The notes beneath the pieces are model-generated. The model made no database searches and was not told where the DNA came from. It was given only the letters and a program-made list of their open reading frames with translations. From NCBI GenBank assembly GCA_028720145.1, contig JAQYLJ010000005.1, positions 8,112 to 72,111 on the forward strand: a stretch of DNA of 64,000 bases. The letters are read 5' to 3'. The position numbers and the translations under genes are program-made. This document shows, piece by piece, positions 1-8,383 of this stretch (positions within the stretch are counted from its first letter, which is position 1; each line of letters begins with the position of its first letter). The stretch is from Clostridia bacterium. GTDB lineage: Bacteria; Bacillota; Clostridia; Oscillospirales; CAG-272.

Positions 1-239
1 GCCACGAGCCCCGTCACCTCGACCCGATACAGGTGGGGGTCGGTCTCCTCGGGCTCTTCGGTCGAGCCGGTGTTGCCCCCGTCGGGGTCGGTGTCTCCCG
101 TATGCTCGCCTGTATTGTCGCCCGGCTGTGTCGTATCGATGGGCTCGCCGCCGTTCTCTGCGGCCCCACAACTCACAAGTCCGCATACCAAGAGGATGAC
201 AAGCAATATACAAAGACCTCTGATCCTTCGTTGTTTCAT
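1..239 (-). CDS. putative lipoprotein, N-terminal fragment (gene continues beyond the left edge)
   Basis: Not in the ORF track because it is truncated. Reverse-strand ATG at 237-239 with a GGAGAG RBS just upstream. Translation MKQRRIRGLCILLVILLVCGLVSC/GAAENGGEPIDTTQPGD... gives a signal peptide plus lipobox LVSC, then an acidic G/D/T/E-rich linker. The frame is open to position 1. Confidence 0.6.
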   Translation of the reverse strand, partial: MKQRRIRGLCILLVILLVCGLVSCGAAENGGEPIDTTQPGDNTGEHTGDTDPDGGNTGSTEEPEETDPHLYRVEVTGLV

Positions 240-316
240 TCGTTCTCTCCTTTGCCCGCGGTTGTGACCGAGAAACGCGGCTCAAATGTGCGCCCGTGCC
301 GTCACGCTTTTTCTTC

Positions 317-345
317 ATCATACCATACTTTGCGTGCGGTTGCAA
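317..345 (-). promoter_or_regulatory. sigma-A type promoter for the lipoprotein gene
   Basis: Minus strand TTGCAA (340-345), 17-nt spacer, TATGAT (317-322), about 75 nt upstream of the ATG at 239. Confidence 0.4.
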
Positions 346-422
346 TTGCTGTCTCTCATGCGGTCACCGAAAAAACGGGAACCGCACGGCGTGCCCGAGA
401 GAAACGGATTCCGAACCGAAGC

Positions 423-451
423 AAAAAAGAGCGCACCCGCGGGCGCGCTCT
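423..451 (-). terminator. intrinsic terminator after the EamA gene
   Basis: Minus-strand hairpin GAGCGCGCC-CGCG-GGTGCGCTC followed by TTTTTTG, about 25 nt after the stop at 478. Confidence 0.6.
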
Positions 452-477
452 CTCTGATTTTTCCCCCGACTGTTTCG

Positions 478-1347
478 TCAGCCGAAAATCGCCATGACGA
501 CCGTCGCCGCGACCATGAGACACAGTCCGACAAATGCCTTTTTCGAGAGTTTCTCTTTGAAGACGATGTAGGCGAACAGCACCGTGAGGACGATGCTCAT
601 TTTGTCAATCGGCACCACCACGCTGACCTTCCCGTGCTGAATCGCGTAGTAGTAGCAGAGCCACGATGCCCCCGTCGCGATGCCCGACAGGGCGATGAAC
701 AAAAGTTCTCGACGGTCGAGCGAGCGGAGTTCCTTATGTTTCCCGCGGGCAAAGACGATGACCCATGCCATCACCAGTACCACGCCCGTGCGGAGCGCCG
801 TCCCGAGATTGGATTCCACCCCGTCAATCCCGACTTTGGCAAAGATGGAGGTCAGTGCCGCAAACACGGCGGAGAGCACCGCGAAAATCCACCACGCCCG
901 CGACTGTTCTTTCTCTTCGGTCTTTTTCTTCTCCACCATGAGAAAGATGCCGACGGCGAGGACGGCGGTACAGATGAGTTTCACCGCCAGATGGGCGGTC
1001 TCGCCGAAGCAGATGATGGCGAGCAGAACGGTCAGGATGGTCGAGGACTTATCAATCGGCACCACCTTGTTGACATCGCCCAGGGAGAGTGCCTTGAAGT
1101 AGCAAATCCACGAGGCGCCTGTGGAAAGTCCCGACAGAATCAAAAACACAAGCGATTTCGGCGCGATCTGCCCGATTGTCCCGGCGGAACCGACGATGAA
1201 CACCATGACCCATGCGAAGAGCAGTACGACGACGGTACGGAGCGCCGTCGCGAGGTCGGAATCGGTCTTCCGAATCCCGCATTTCGCGAGGATGGAAGTC
1301 AAAGCCGCGAACACGGCGGAGAGTACCGCCATGAGTAACCATTCCAT
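478..1347 (-). CDS. EamA/DMT-family transporter
   Basis: 289 aa, highly hydrophobic, with two internal repeats (..VFAALTSILAKCGI.. and ..VFAALTSIFAKVGI..) typical of duplicated EamA domains. Start moved from the ORF-track position 1488 to ATG 1347 (MEWLLMAVL), which has a GAGGA RBS and avoids overlap with the upstream gene. Confidence 0.8.
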   Translation of the reverse strand: MEWLLMAVLSAVFAALTSILAKCGIRKTDSDLATALRTVVVLLFAWVMVFIVGSAGTIGQIAPKSLVFLILSGLSTGASWICYFKALSLGDVNKVVPIDKSSTILTVLLAIICFGETAHLAVKLICTAVLAVGIFLMVEKKKTEEKEQSRAWWIFAVLSAVFAALTSIFAKVGIDGVESNLGTALRTGVVLVMAWVIVFARGKHKELRSLDRRELLFIALSGIATGASWLCYYYAIQHGKVSVVVPIDKMSIVLTVLFAYIVFKEKLSKKAFVGLCLMVAATVVMAIFG

Positions 1348-1420
1348 TTCAGTTTTCCTCTGTTGTTTTCTTACTGTCCGTTTGCCGTGAAATCCCGTCT
1401 CGACTGTACGGAACCCGCAC

Positions 1421-2722
1421 TTAGAGACCGAGTGCTTTCCGCACGCGGACACCGTCGAGGGTGCGAATGTCGGAGTCGGAGGCGACACAGAGCGCCGCGG
1501 CGGTACCCGCCGCCTCGCCGAGCTGGTTGAGGTTGACCATCACGCGCAGGGCACCGAACGCCCCCTCGTCCGCGTCAAGCATTCTGCCGACGGGAATAAA
1601 GTTGGCGTACTTCTCCTGCACGAGAATGGAGAACGGCACACTATAAAATTTGGCGTAGTTTTCGTCCATGCCCAAGTCCCGCCGCCAGTTACCGACGACG
1701 GTGCCCGACCCCTTCCCGTAGTGGGTCTCGGTCTTCCCCGTCAGATATTTGAAGGTGATGCCGTTGTCGTGCTGATGGTGAATGTCCACGCGGTAGGTGC
1801 CGCGCATGACGGTATCGGGATAGTCCTTCCCCGTCAGGAGACTGTGTTCGTCCGCCGCAAAACGGGTGCGGTAGTGTACCGTCTCCCGTACCCCGATGGA
1901 GGAACAGGTCGCCACCATCTCGTACTGCTCTCCGACATAGGTTTTCAGCAGGTCGGTGAACGCCCGTGCCTGCCGTCTGCCGTGCATCTCCGCGCGGGTG
2001 AGGTCGTCGGCGCACGAGCAGTCCACACCGAAGACATGGTTATCCGCGCGGAAAGACACCCCGTCCACACCCGGAATCGGACCGCCCCAGCCCCAGTCGT
2101 CGTCGAGACCGAACTCGGCGCCGTGTTCCTGTATCAATTTCCCGATATTTACCCCCGCAGTGGTACCGCGGAGCAGGAAGCAGGAGGACGGCGGCTGCAA
2201 CGCCGCATGACGGTATTTCTCCAGTCCGATGAAGGAGGCAACATCGCCGTCACCCGTGGCATCGATGAAGAACGCCGCGCGAATCACGCCGGGACCGTCC
2301 TTGTTCACCACCGTGATCTCGCGGATGCGGTCGCCGTCGGTCTCGGCACAGACGAATGAGGTATGTAACAAAACCTTAATTCCGCTCTCGGTCACCATGT
2401 CGTCGAGCAGACAACTGAGTCGCGCGGAGTTGAAGCGGCAACCGACCGAATCGGAGTTCACAATCTCGACAGCCCCCTGCCGTGCGAGGCGCTGTTCCAC
2501 CTCGTCGGTGAGCCCGAAAATAATCTGCTCTTTCCCGTCCACATCCTTGAGGGTGTGCCAGACATTGACCAGCCCCGCGGTCGCGGTGCCGCCGAAGCAG
2601 TTATTCCTTTCAATAAGGACGGTTTTCGCTCCCGCTCTCGCGGCGCGAATGGCGGCAAATACCCCGGTGCAACTGCCGCCGATGACACAGACATCGGCAT
2701 CGTAGATGATAGGAAACTTCAT
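1421..2722 (-). CDS. FAD-dependent oxidoreductase (FAD_oxidored/GidA-like family)
   Basis: 433 aa. N-terminal dinucleotide-binding motif DVCVIGGSCTGVFAAIRAARAGAKTVLIERNNCFGG. GGGAGGG RBS upstream. Probably co-transcribed with the EamA gene. Confidence 0.75.
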   Translation of the reverse strand: MKFPIIYDADVCVIGGSCTGVFAAIRAARAGAKTVLIERNNCFGGTATAGLVNVWHTLKDVDGKEQIIFGLTDEVEQRLARQGAVEIVNSDSVGCRFNSARLSCLLDDMVTESGIKVLLHTSFVCAETDGDRIREITVVNKDGPGVIRAAFFIDATGDGDVASFIGLEKYRHAALQPPSSCFLLRGTTAGVNIGKLIQEHGAEFGLDDDWGWGGPIPGVDGVSFRADNHVFGVDCSCADDLTRAEMHGRRQARAFTDLLKTYVGEQYEMVATCSSIGVRETVHYRTRFAADEHSLLTGKDYPDTVMRGTYRVDIHHQHDNGITFKYLTGKTETHYGKGSGTVVGNWRRDLGMDENYAKFYSVPFSILVQEKYANFIPVGRMLDADEGAFGALRVMVNLNQLGEAAGTAAALCVASDSDIRTLDGVRVRKALGL

Positions 2723-2781
2723 AAGACCCTCCCGCGTCGTTCGGACGCCGCCCGAGAACAGACGGGCACCCTGTTTTTTCG

Positions 2782-2810
2782 AGTATACCGCTTTACGATA
2801 AGAAGTGCAA
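2782..2810 (-). promoter_or_regulatory. sigma-A type promoter for the oxidoreductase/EamA unit
   Basis: Minus strand TTGCAC (2805-2810), 17 nt, TATACT (2782-2787). Confidence 0.45.
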
Positions 2811-3020
2811 GATATATCATTGTTTTGAAAGAATTAGTGCATATTTTGCAATCCCTCTGTCCTGTGGCGACAAAACCGACCGCGGCGCGGGGAGATGGCG
2901 GAAGGGGTGAACGAGGGAGGCGACGCGGGCGCGCTTCTTTGCCGAAACGCCGAAAGCGGGGCGGAGAAACGGGCACAAGTTGTGCAAAACGGAAAAATGG
3001 GAAAAACACACGATTTTCCT

Positions 3021-3049
3021 TTGACAGAGCGACGCAAAAGTGGTACAAT
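3021..3049 (+). promoter_or_regulatory. sigma-A promoter of the pur operon
   Basis: TTGACA (3021-3026), 17 nt, TACAAT (3044-3049), with TGG immediately upstream of the -10 (extended -10 like). Confidence 0.6.
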
Positions 3050-3066
3050 AAATCGAACAATCAAAA

Positions 3067-3150
3067 GGCTTCCGCAACTGACGGAAAATGTGGTTCACCA
3101 CAGGGGAACGGAAGTCCATATCCAGTTTTCGCCGACCGTCTGGGCGCATC
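3067..3150 (+). promoter_or_regulatory. ZTP (pfl motif) riboswitch aptamer
   Basis: GGCUUCCGCAACUGACGGAAAAUGUGGUUCACCACAGGGGAACGGAAGUCC, a 14-nt linker, then CCGACCGUCUGGGCGCA. P1 is CUUCCG/CGGAAG. The conserved elements are present (ACUGNCG, GUGG..CCAC hairpin, GGGGA, 3' CCGNCUGGGC). The pseudoknot GACGG:CCGUC covaries relative to the consensus GGCG:CGCC. It lies between the promoter and purE and overlaps a terminator stem. Confidence 0.75.
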
Positions 3151-3187
3151 GAACCTTGTACGGGGTTCGTGCGCCCTTTTTTCATTT
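3143..3187 (+). terminator. riboswitch expression-platform terminator (attenuator)
   Basis: GGCGCA(U)CGAACC - loop - GGUUCGUGCGCC followed by CUUUUUUCAUUUUU. The 5' arm overlaps the 3' end of the ZTP aptamer. Confidence 0.7.
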
Positions 3188-3247
3188 TTGTGCCGCCCAC
3201 ACGGTGAGCCCGTGCCCGACCCGAACCGCATGAAAGGAGTGGAAACC

Positions 3248-3742
3248 ATGAAAAAAATCGCCGTCATTATGGGGAGCGACAGCGACCTTCCCATCGCGCG
3301 GAAAGCGCTCGATACCCTCGCCGCCTATGAGGTGCCTTTTGAGGTACATGTCTACTCCGCACACAGAACGCCCGCCGAGGCGGCGGCTTTTGCCGCATCC
3401 GCTCGCGAGAACGGGTTCGGTGCCATCATCGCCATCGCAGGGATGGCGGCGCATCTCGCAGGTGCGCTCGCGGCAGGTACCACCCTGCCCGTCATCGGAA
3501 TCCCCGCGAAGAGCAGCAACCTCGAAGGGCTCGACGCACTGCTCTCTACCGTACAAATGCCCTCCGGCATCCCCGTCGCCACCGTCGCCATCGATGGGGG
3601 CGTCAATGCCGCACTGCTCGCTATCGAGATGCTCGCCGTGAACGACGAGGTCCTCGCGGGCAAACTGGATGCCGCGCGCGCTGCCGCAAGAGCCAAAGTG
3701 CTCGAAAAAGATGCCGCTGTCGCGGCGGAATTTACCCTGTGA
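3248..3742 (+). CDS. purE: 5-(carboxyamino)imidazole ribonucleotide mutase PurE
   Basis: 164 aa, [16 protein letters not shown]...VYSAHRTP...[11 protein letters not shown], a classic PurE. AAGGAG RBS at about 3233. The long N-terminal extension in the ORF track (from 2555) covers the promoter and riboswitch and is not coding. Confidence 0.95.
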   Translation: MKKIAVIMGSDSDLPIARKALDTLAAYEVPFEVHVYSAHRTPAEAAAFAASARENGFGAIIAIAGMAAHLAGALAAGTTLPVIGIPAKSSNLEGLDALLSTVQMPSGIPVATVAIDGGVNAALLAIEMLAVNDEVLAGKLDAARAAARAKVLEKDAAVAAEFTL

Positions 3743-3833
3743 AATACTGCCGCCGTCTGCGGCAGTTTTCGTTTTCCTCTGATAGTTTCAAATCTTTAAT
3801 TTCAAATATTTTTTTGATGGAGTGACAAAAGTG

Positions 3834-4541
3834 ATGGAAAAACTCGAACAGATGTATGAAGGAAAAGCCAAAAAGGTCTTCTCTTGCAGTGACCCGAACC
3901 TGTGTATCGTCTCCTACAAGGACGACGCGACCGCGTTCAACGGCAAGAAAAAAGGGACGATCGTCGGGAAAGGCATCGTCAACAACAAAATGTCCAACTA
4001 TCTGATGTCCCTTTTGGAGAAAGAGGGGGTTCCCACCCACTTTGTCGAGGAACTGTCCGAGCGCGATACGCTCGTGAAACGCGTGAAAATCGTCCCGCTC
4101 GAGGTCATCGTCCGGAATGTCGCCGCCGGCTCGTTCTCCAAGCGGTTCGGGGTCGCAGAAGGCACCAAACTGCTCGCCCCCACACTGGAATTTTGCTACA
4201 AGTGCGATGAACTCGATGACCCGATGTGCAACGAGTATCATATCATCGCCTGCGGCTGGGCGACGCGCGAGGACCTCGACCGCATCACGGACCTCACCTT
4301 CCGCGTCAATGCGTTTCTTTTGAAATTCTTCTCCTCGATCAATGTCGACCTCATCGACTTCAAGATCGAGTTCGGAAAAACCGCCGACGGCACCATTCTT
4401 CTGGCGGACGAGATCTCTCCCGACACCTGCCGTCTGTGGGATGCCACCACGCACGAGAAACTGGATAAAGACCGTTTCCGCCGCGACCTCGGGAATGTCG
4501 AGGGCGCGTACCTGGAAATGATGAAACGAATCTTCGGTTGA
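3834..4541 (+). CDS. purC: SAICAR synthetase PurC
   Basis: [16 protein letters not shown]...DPMCNEYH...[10 protein letters not shown] matches PurC. GGAG at 3819-3822. The start could also be GTG 3822 or 3831. Confidence 0.9.
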   Translation: MEKLEQMYEGKAKKVFSCSDPNLCIVSYKDDATAFNGKKKGTIVGKGIVNNKMSNYLMSLLEKEGVPTHFVEELSERDTLVKRVKIVPLEVIVRNVAAGSFSKRFGVAEGTKLLAPTLEFCYKCDELDDPMCNEYHIIACGWATREDLDRITDLTFRVNAFLLKFFSSINVDLIDFKIEFGKTADGTILLADEISPDTCRLWDATTHEKLDKDRFRRDLGNVEGAYLEMMKRIFG

Positions 4542-4548
4542 GGTACCC

Positions 4549-5985
4549 ATGGGAACACTGAGAGAAGAATGCGGCGTATTCGGTATTTTCGCACAAAATA
4601 CCTGTGATGTCGCGTCCGATGTCTATTACGGGCTGTATGCCCTGCAACACCGCGGGCAGGAATCCTGCGGCATTGTGGTCAACGACGACGGCCTGTTCCG
4701 CACCCACCGCGACCTGGGACTGGTCAACGATGTCTTCGACCACGCCGCGATGGAACTGCTGGGGCAAGGCAATATGGCGGTCGGTCATGTCCGCTACGGC
4801 ACCACCGGTGCGACCGACCGATACAACACACAGCCCATTGTCGTCAACCACAGCAAAGGCCGCATGGCGCTCGCCCACAACGGCAATATCGTCAACTCGC
4901 TCCCCCTGCGCGAGGAACTGGAAAACAAGGGGAGCATCTTCCATACAACGAGCGACACGGAGGTCATCTCCTACCTCATCACGGGTGAGCGACTGACCGC
5001 TCCCTCAATCGAAGAGGCGGTGAACCGCGCGATGACCCGCATCCGCGGCGCGTATTCCCTCGTCATCATGTCCCCCACAAAACTGATTGCGGTACGGGAC
5101 GAAAACGGATTCCGCCCCCTCTGTTACGGGAAAACGCCCGACGGCAGTTATATCGTCGCGAGCGAGTCCTGTGCCTTGGACGCGGTGGGCGCGACCTTCG
5201 AGCGCGACCTCGAACCGGGAGAAATCCTCGTGTTTGATAAAAACGGCGTGCGGAGCATCCGCGACCATTGCGGCAAAGTGCCGCCCTCGTTCTGCGTCTT
5301 CGAGTATATTTACTTCGCGCGCCCCGACTCGGTCATCGACGGCGCGTGCGTGCATGACGCGCGGGTGCGCGCGGGCGAGTTTCTCGCAGAAGAACACCCG
5401 GTCGAGGCGGATGTCGTCATCGGCGTCCCCGACTCGGGCTTGGACGCGGCGATCGGGTACTCCCGCGCGTCCGGAATCCCGTACAACATCGGATTCATCA
5501 AAAACAAGTATATCGGGCGCACCTTCATCTCCCCGGGGCAGAAGTCCCGCGAGGACAAAGTGAAAATCAAACTGAACCCCATCCCTTCGGTTGTGCGCGG
5601 AAAGCGCGTGATCCTGGTGGACGACTCCATGGTGCGCGGCACCACCAGCCGTCGTATCGTCAAACTGCTGCGCGAGGCGGGCGCTGTCGAGGTACACGCG
5701 CGGTTCTCCGCCCCGCCGTTCATCGCCCCCTGCTACTACGGCACCGACATTGACTCCAAGGAGATGCTCATCGCCTGCAAGCACACGCTCGACGAAATAG
5801 CGGAAATCATTGATGTCGATTCCCTCGGCTATCTGTCGGTCGAACACGTGAAGATGCTGGCGGGAAAAGAGAAGGGGTACTGCACCGCCTGCTTCGATGA
5901 ACACTACCCTACCGAGACCCCGCTCGACACGCGGAAAGATAGGTTTGAACGGAAAATTTCCGAGAACGGAAAGGAAGACAAATGA
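4549..5985 (+). CDS. purF: amidophosphoribosyltransferase PurF (Fe-S type, short propeptide)
   Basis: MGTLREEC/GVFGIF, the Ntn catalytic Cys after a 7-aa propeptide. PRTase motif VILVDDSMVRGTT. C-terminal Cys residues (CYYGTD, YCTACF) as in the B. subtilis-type enzyme. Confidence 0.95.
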   Translation: MGTLREECGVFGIFAQNTCDVASDVYYGLYALQHRGQESCGIVVNDDGLFRTHRDLGLVNDVFDHAAMELLGQGNMAVGHVRYGTTGATDRYNTQPIVVNHSKGRMALAHNGNIVNSLPLREELENKGSIFHTTSDTEVISYLITGERLTAPSIEEAVNRAMTRIRGAYSLVIMSPTKLIAVRDENGFRPLCYGKTPDGSYIVASESCALDAVGATFERDLEPGEILVFDKNGVRSIRDHCGKVPPSFCVFEYIYFARPDSVIDGACVHDARVRAGEFLAEEHPVEADVVIGVPDSGLDAAIGYSRASGIPYNIGFIKNKYIGRTFISPGQKSREDKVKIKLNPIPSVVRGKRVILVDDSMVRGTTSRRIVKLLREAGAVEVHARFSAPPFIAPCYYGTDIDSKEMLIACKHTLDEIAEIIDVDSLGYLSVEHVKMLAGKEKGYCTACFDEHYPTETPLDTRKDRFERKISENGKEDK

Positions 5986-7022
5986 AAAACAGTTTTAGCG
6001 AGAGTTATAAAGCGGCGGGGGTCGATATTACCGCCGGGTACCGCGCGGTCGAACTGATGAAATCCCATATCGCCCGCACCGTCCGAGGCGGCTCGGTCGC
6101 CAATATCGGCGGATTCGGGGGTCTTTTCCCCTTAGACCTCACGGGGTACAGCCATCCCGTGCTGGTCTCGGGCACCGACGGCGTGGGGACCAAACTGAAA
6201 CTGGCGTTTCTTATGGACAAGCACGATACCGTCGGGATTGACTGCGTCGCCATGTGCGTCAACGACATTATCTGCTGTGGGGCGAAACCCCTCTTCTTCC
6301 TCGACTATATCGCCTGCGGGAAGAACTACCCCGAGAAGATCGCCGATATCGTCGGCGGGGTCTGCGAGGGGTGCGTCCAAGCGGGCTGTGAACTCGTCGG
6401 CGGGGAGACCGCCGAGATGCCCGGGTTCTATCCCGTCGAGGAATATGACCTCGCGGGGTTCTCGGTCGGCATCGTCGAGCGGGACAACATTGTCGACCGC
6501 TCTGCCATGCGGGCGGGGGATGTCATGATTGCGCTCCCCTCTTCGGGCGTACACTCGAACGGATTTTCCCTTGTGCGGAAGGTCTTTGATGTCGAGCATA
6601 CCGACCTGCGCGCGCCCGTCGCGGCTCTGGGCGGCGCGTCCCTCGGAGAAACCCTTTTGACCCCGACCCGCATCTATGTGAAGCCCATGCTCGCCCTGTT
6701 CGAGCGCGTCCGCGTCAAGGGCGTCTCGCATATCACGGGCGGCGGGTTCTACGAGAATATGCCGCGCTCCATTCCCGACGGCCTCGGGGTGTCGATTCGC
6801 CGCGCCGATGTGAGGGTCCTGCCGATTTTCCGTCTCCTGCAAGAGACAGGCAACATTGACGAGCGCGATATGTATAACACCTTCAATATGGGTGTCGGCA
6901 TGAGCGTCGTGGTGGCGAAAGAGGACGCGGACACCGCGCTCGCGACCCTGCGTGAGATGGGTGAAGACCCGTATCTCATCGGGGAAATCGTCGCGTCTGA
7001 CGACAAAATCGAACTCATTTGA
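5982..7022 (+). CDS. purM: AIR synthetase PurM
   Basis: 346 aa, SYKAAGVDI...GGFGG...GTDGVGTKL, typical PurM. ATGA overlap with the purF stop. Confidence 0.95.
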   Translation: MKNSFSESYKAAGVDITAGYRAVELMKSHIARTVRGGSVANIGGFGGLFPLDLTGYSHPVLVSGTDGVGTKLKLAFLMDKHDTVGIDCVAMCVNDIICCGAKPLFFLDYIACGKNYPEKIADIVGGVCEGCVQAGCELVGGETAEMPGFYPVEEYDLAGFSVGIVERDNIVDRSAMRAGDVMIALPSSGVHSNGFSLVRKVFDVEHTDLRAPVAALGGASLGETLLTPTRIYVKPMLALFERVRVKGVSHITGGGFYENMPRSIPDGLGVSIRRADVRVLPIFRLLQETGNIDERDMYNTFNMGVGMSVVVAKEDADTALATLREMGEDPYLIGEIVASDDKIELI

Positions 7023-7033
7023 GGGCGAAAACG

Positions 7034-7654
7034 ATGGAAATACAAAAAGCGCGGATTGCCGTACTCGTTTCGGGCGGCGGCACCAATTTACAGGCGCTCA
7101 TCGACGCGCAGAGACAAGGGAAACTCCCGCACGGGGAAATCGTCCTCGTTGTGTCGAACAAAGAGGGAGCGTATGCCCTCACGCGCGCATCGGAGGCGGG
7201 CATCCCCGCCCTGACCGTCACCCGAAAACAAGCGGGGGGTCAAGAGGCGTTTGAAATCGAAATCCTGCGGGCGCTGAAAGAACACCGCGCGGATATGGTC
7301 GTCCTCGCGGGGTTCCTCTCCATTCTGAGTGCTGACTTTGTCGCGGAATACCCGAACAGAATCCTCAATGTGCATCCCTCGCTGATTCCCGCTTTCTGCG
7401 GAGAGGGATATTACGGACTGCGCGTCCACCGCGCCGCTTTAGAGCGCGGGGTCAAGGTCACGGGCGCGACCGTCCATTTTGTAAACGAAGTGACCGACGG
7501 GGGCGAAATCCTCATGCAGCGCGCGGTGCGCGTGCGGCGGGGCGACACGCCCGAATCCTTACAGGCGCGCGTCATGCGGGAGGCGGAGTGGAAGATCCTG
7601 CCCGCCGCGACCGAGCGCGTGGCGAAATCCATCGTGAAAGGCAAAGGTAACTGA
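7034..7654 (+). CDS. purN: GAR formyltransferase PurN
   Basis: MEIQKARIAVLVSGGGTNLQALID...NVHPSLIP...GATVHFV. Start set at ATG 7034 (GAGGG RBS 8 nt upstream) rather than the TTG at 7019. Confidence 0.9.
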   Translation: MEIQKARIAVLVSGGGTNLQALIDAQRQGKLPHGEIVLVVSNKEGAYALTRASEAGIPALTVTRKQAGGQEAFEIEILRALKEHRADMVVLAGFLSILSADFVAEYPNRILNVHPSLIPAFCGEGYYGLRVHRAALERGVKVTGATVHFVNEVTDGGEILMQRAVRVRRGDTPESLQARVMREAEWKILPAATERVAKSIVKGKGN

Positions 7655-7655
7655 C

Positions 7656-8375
7656 ATGGAAAACTACCGTATTTTTACCGCGCGGGAACTGCTCGCGGGG
7701 AACCCCTATGTCGGGCGCGGCATCCTCGTCGGACGCACCCCGAACGCGCGGCGGGCGGTCGTCGCCTACTTCATCATGGGCAGAAGCGCGAACAGCCGCA
7801 ATCGCATCTTCTGCGAGCGGGACGGTGCGGTGTTCACCGAGCCGTTTGACCCCGCGCGCGTGGAAGACCCCAGTTTGATTATTTACGCCGCGCTCCGCTC
7901 CTATGAGAACCGCCTGATTGTCACGAACGGCGACCAGACGGACACCGTTTATCAAGCCCTCGCGGAGGGAAAAGGGTTCTTTGAAGCCCTCACGACACGC
8001 GCGTTCGAGCCGGATGCCCCGAACTTCACCCCGCGCATCAGCGCCATGCTGACTTTCGGGGAAAACGACTTCACCTACGACATGAGCATCCTCAAAAGCG
8101 TAGATGCCGACGGCTCCGCCTGCGCCCGCTACGGGTTCTCCTACCCCGCTGTCCCGGGGCTCGGGCACTTCATCCACACCTATCAGACCGACGGGAACCC
8201 CCTCCCGACCTTTTGGGGCGAGCCCGAACGGGTCGCCGTCTCGGACGCCATCGACGAGATGACCGACGAGATTTGGTCGAATCTGTCGCCCGACAACCGT
8301 ATCTCCCTGTATGTGCGCTATATCGACCTCGCGGACAAAACCGTCGAGAGCCGCCTGATCAACCGAAATAAGTGA
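7656..8375 (+). CDS. purO: IMP cyclohydrolase, archaeal PurO-like family
   Basis: 239 aa. PYVGRGILVGR...VAYFIMGRSANSRNR...VTNGDQTDTVY...FTPRISAM parallels the PurO signature blocks as I recall them. It sits immediately before an AICARFT-only gene. Confidence 0.75.
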   Translation: MENYRIFTARELLAGNPYVGRGILVGRTPNARRAVVAYFIMGRSANSRNRIFCERDGAVFTEPFDPARVEDPSLIIYAALRSYENRLIVTNGDQTDTVYQALAEGKGFFEALTTRAFEPDAPNFTPRISAMLTFGENDFTYDMSILKSVDADGSACARYGFSYPAVPGLGHFIHTYQTDGNPLPTFWGEPERVAVSDAIDEMTDEIWSNLSPDNRISLYVRYIDLADKTVESRLINRNK

Positions 8376-8383
8376 GGGATACC

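Noticed and set aside
3067-3150. Possibility of a purine (guanine/adenine) riboswitch upstream of purE
   Set aside because: There is no three-way-junction purine aptamer signature (no UAUA..loop-loop..CUAC-type core). The sequence instead matches the ZTP/pfl two-domain consensus.
2555-3247. N-terminal 231-aa extension of the purE ORF in the track
   Set aside because: It covers the divergent promoter region, the pur promoter, the ZTP aptamer and its terminator. The PurE homology begins at MKKIAVIMG (3248), which has its own AAGGAG RBS.
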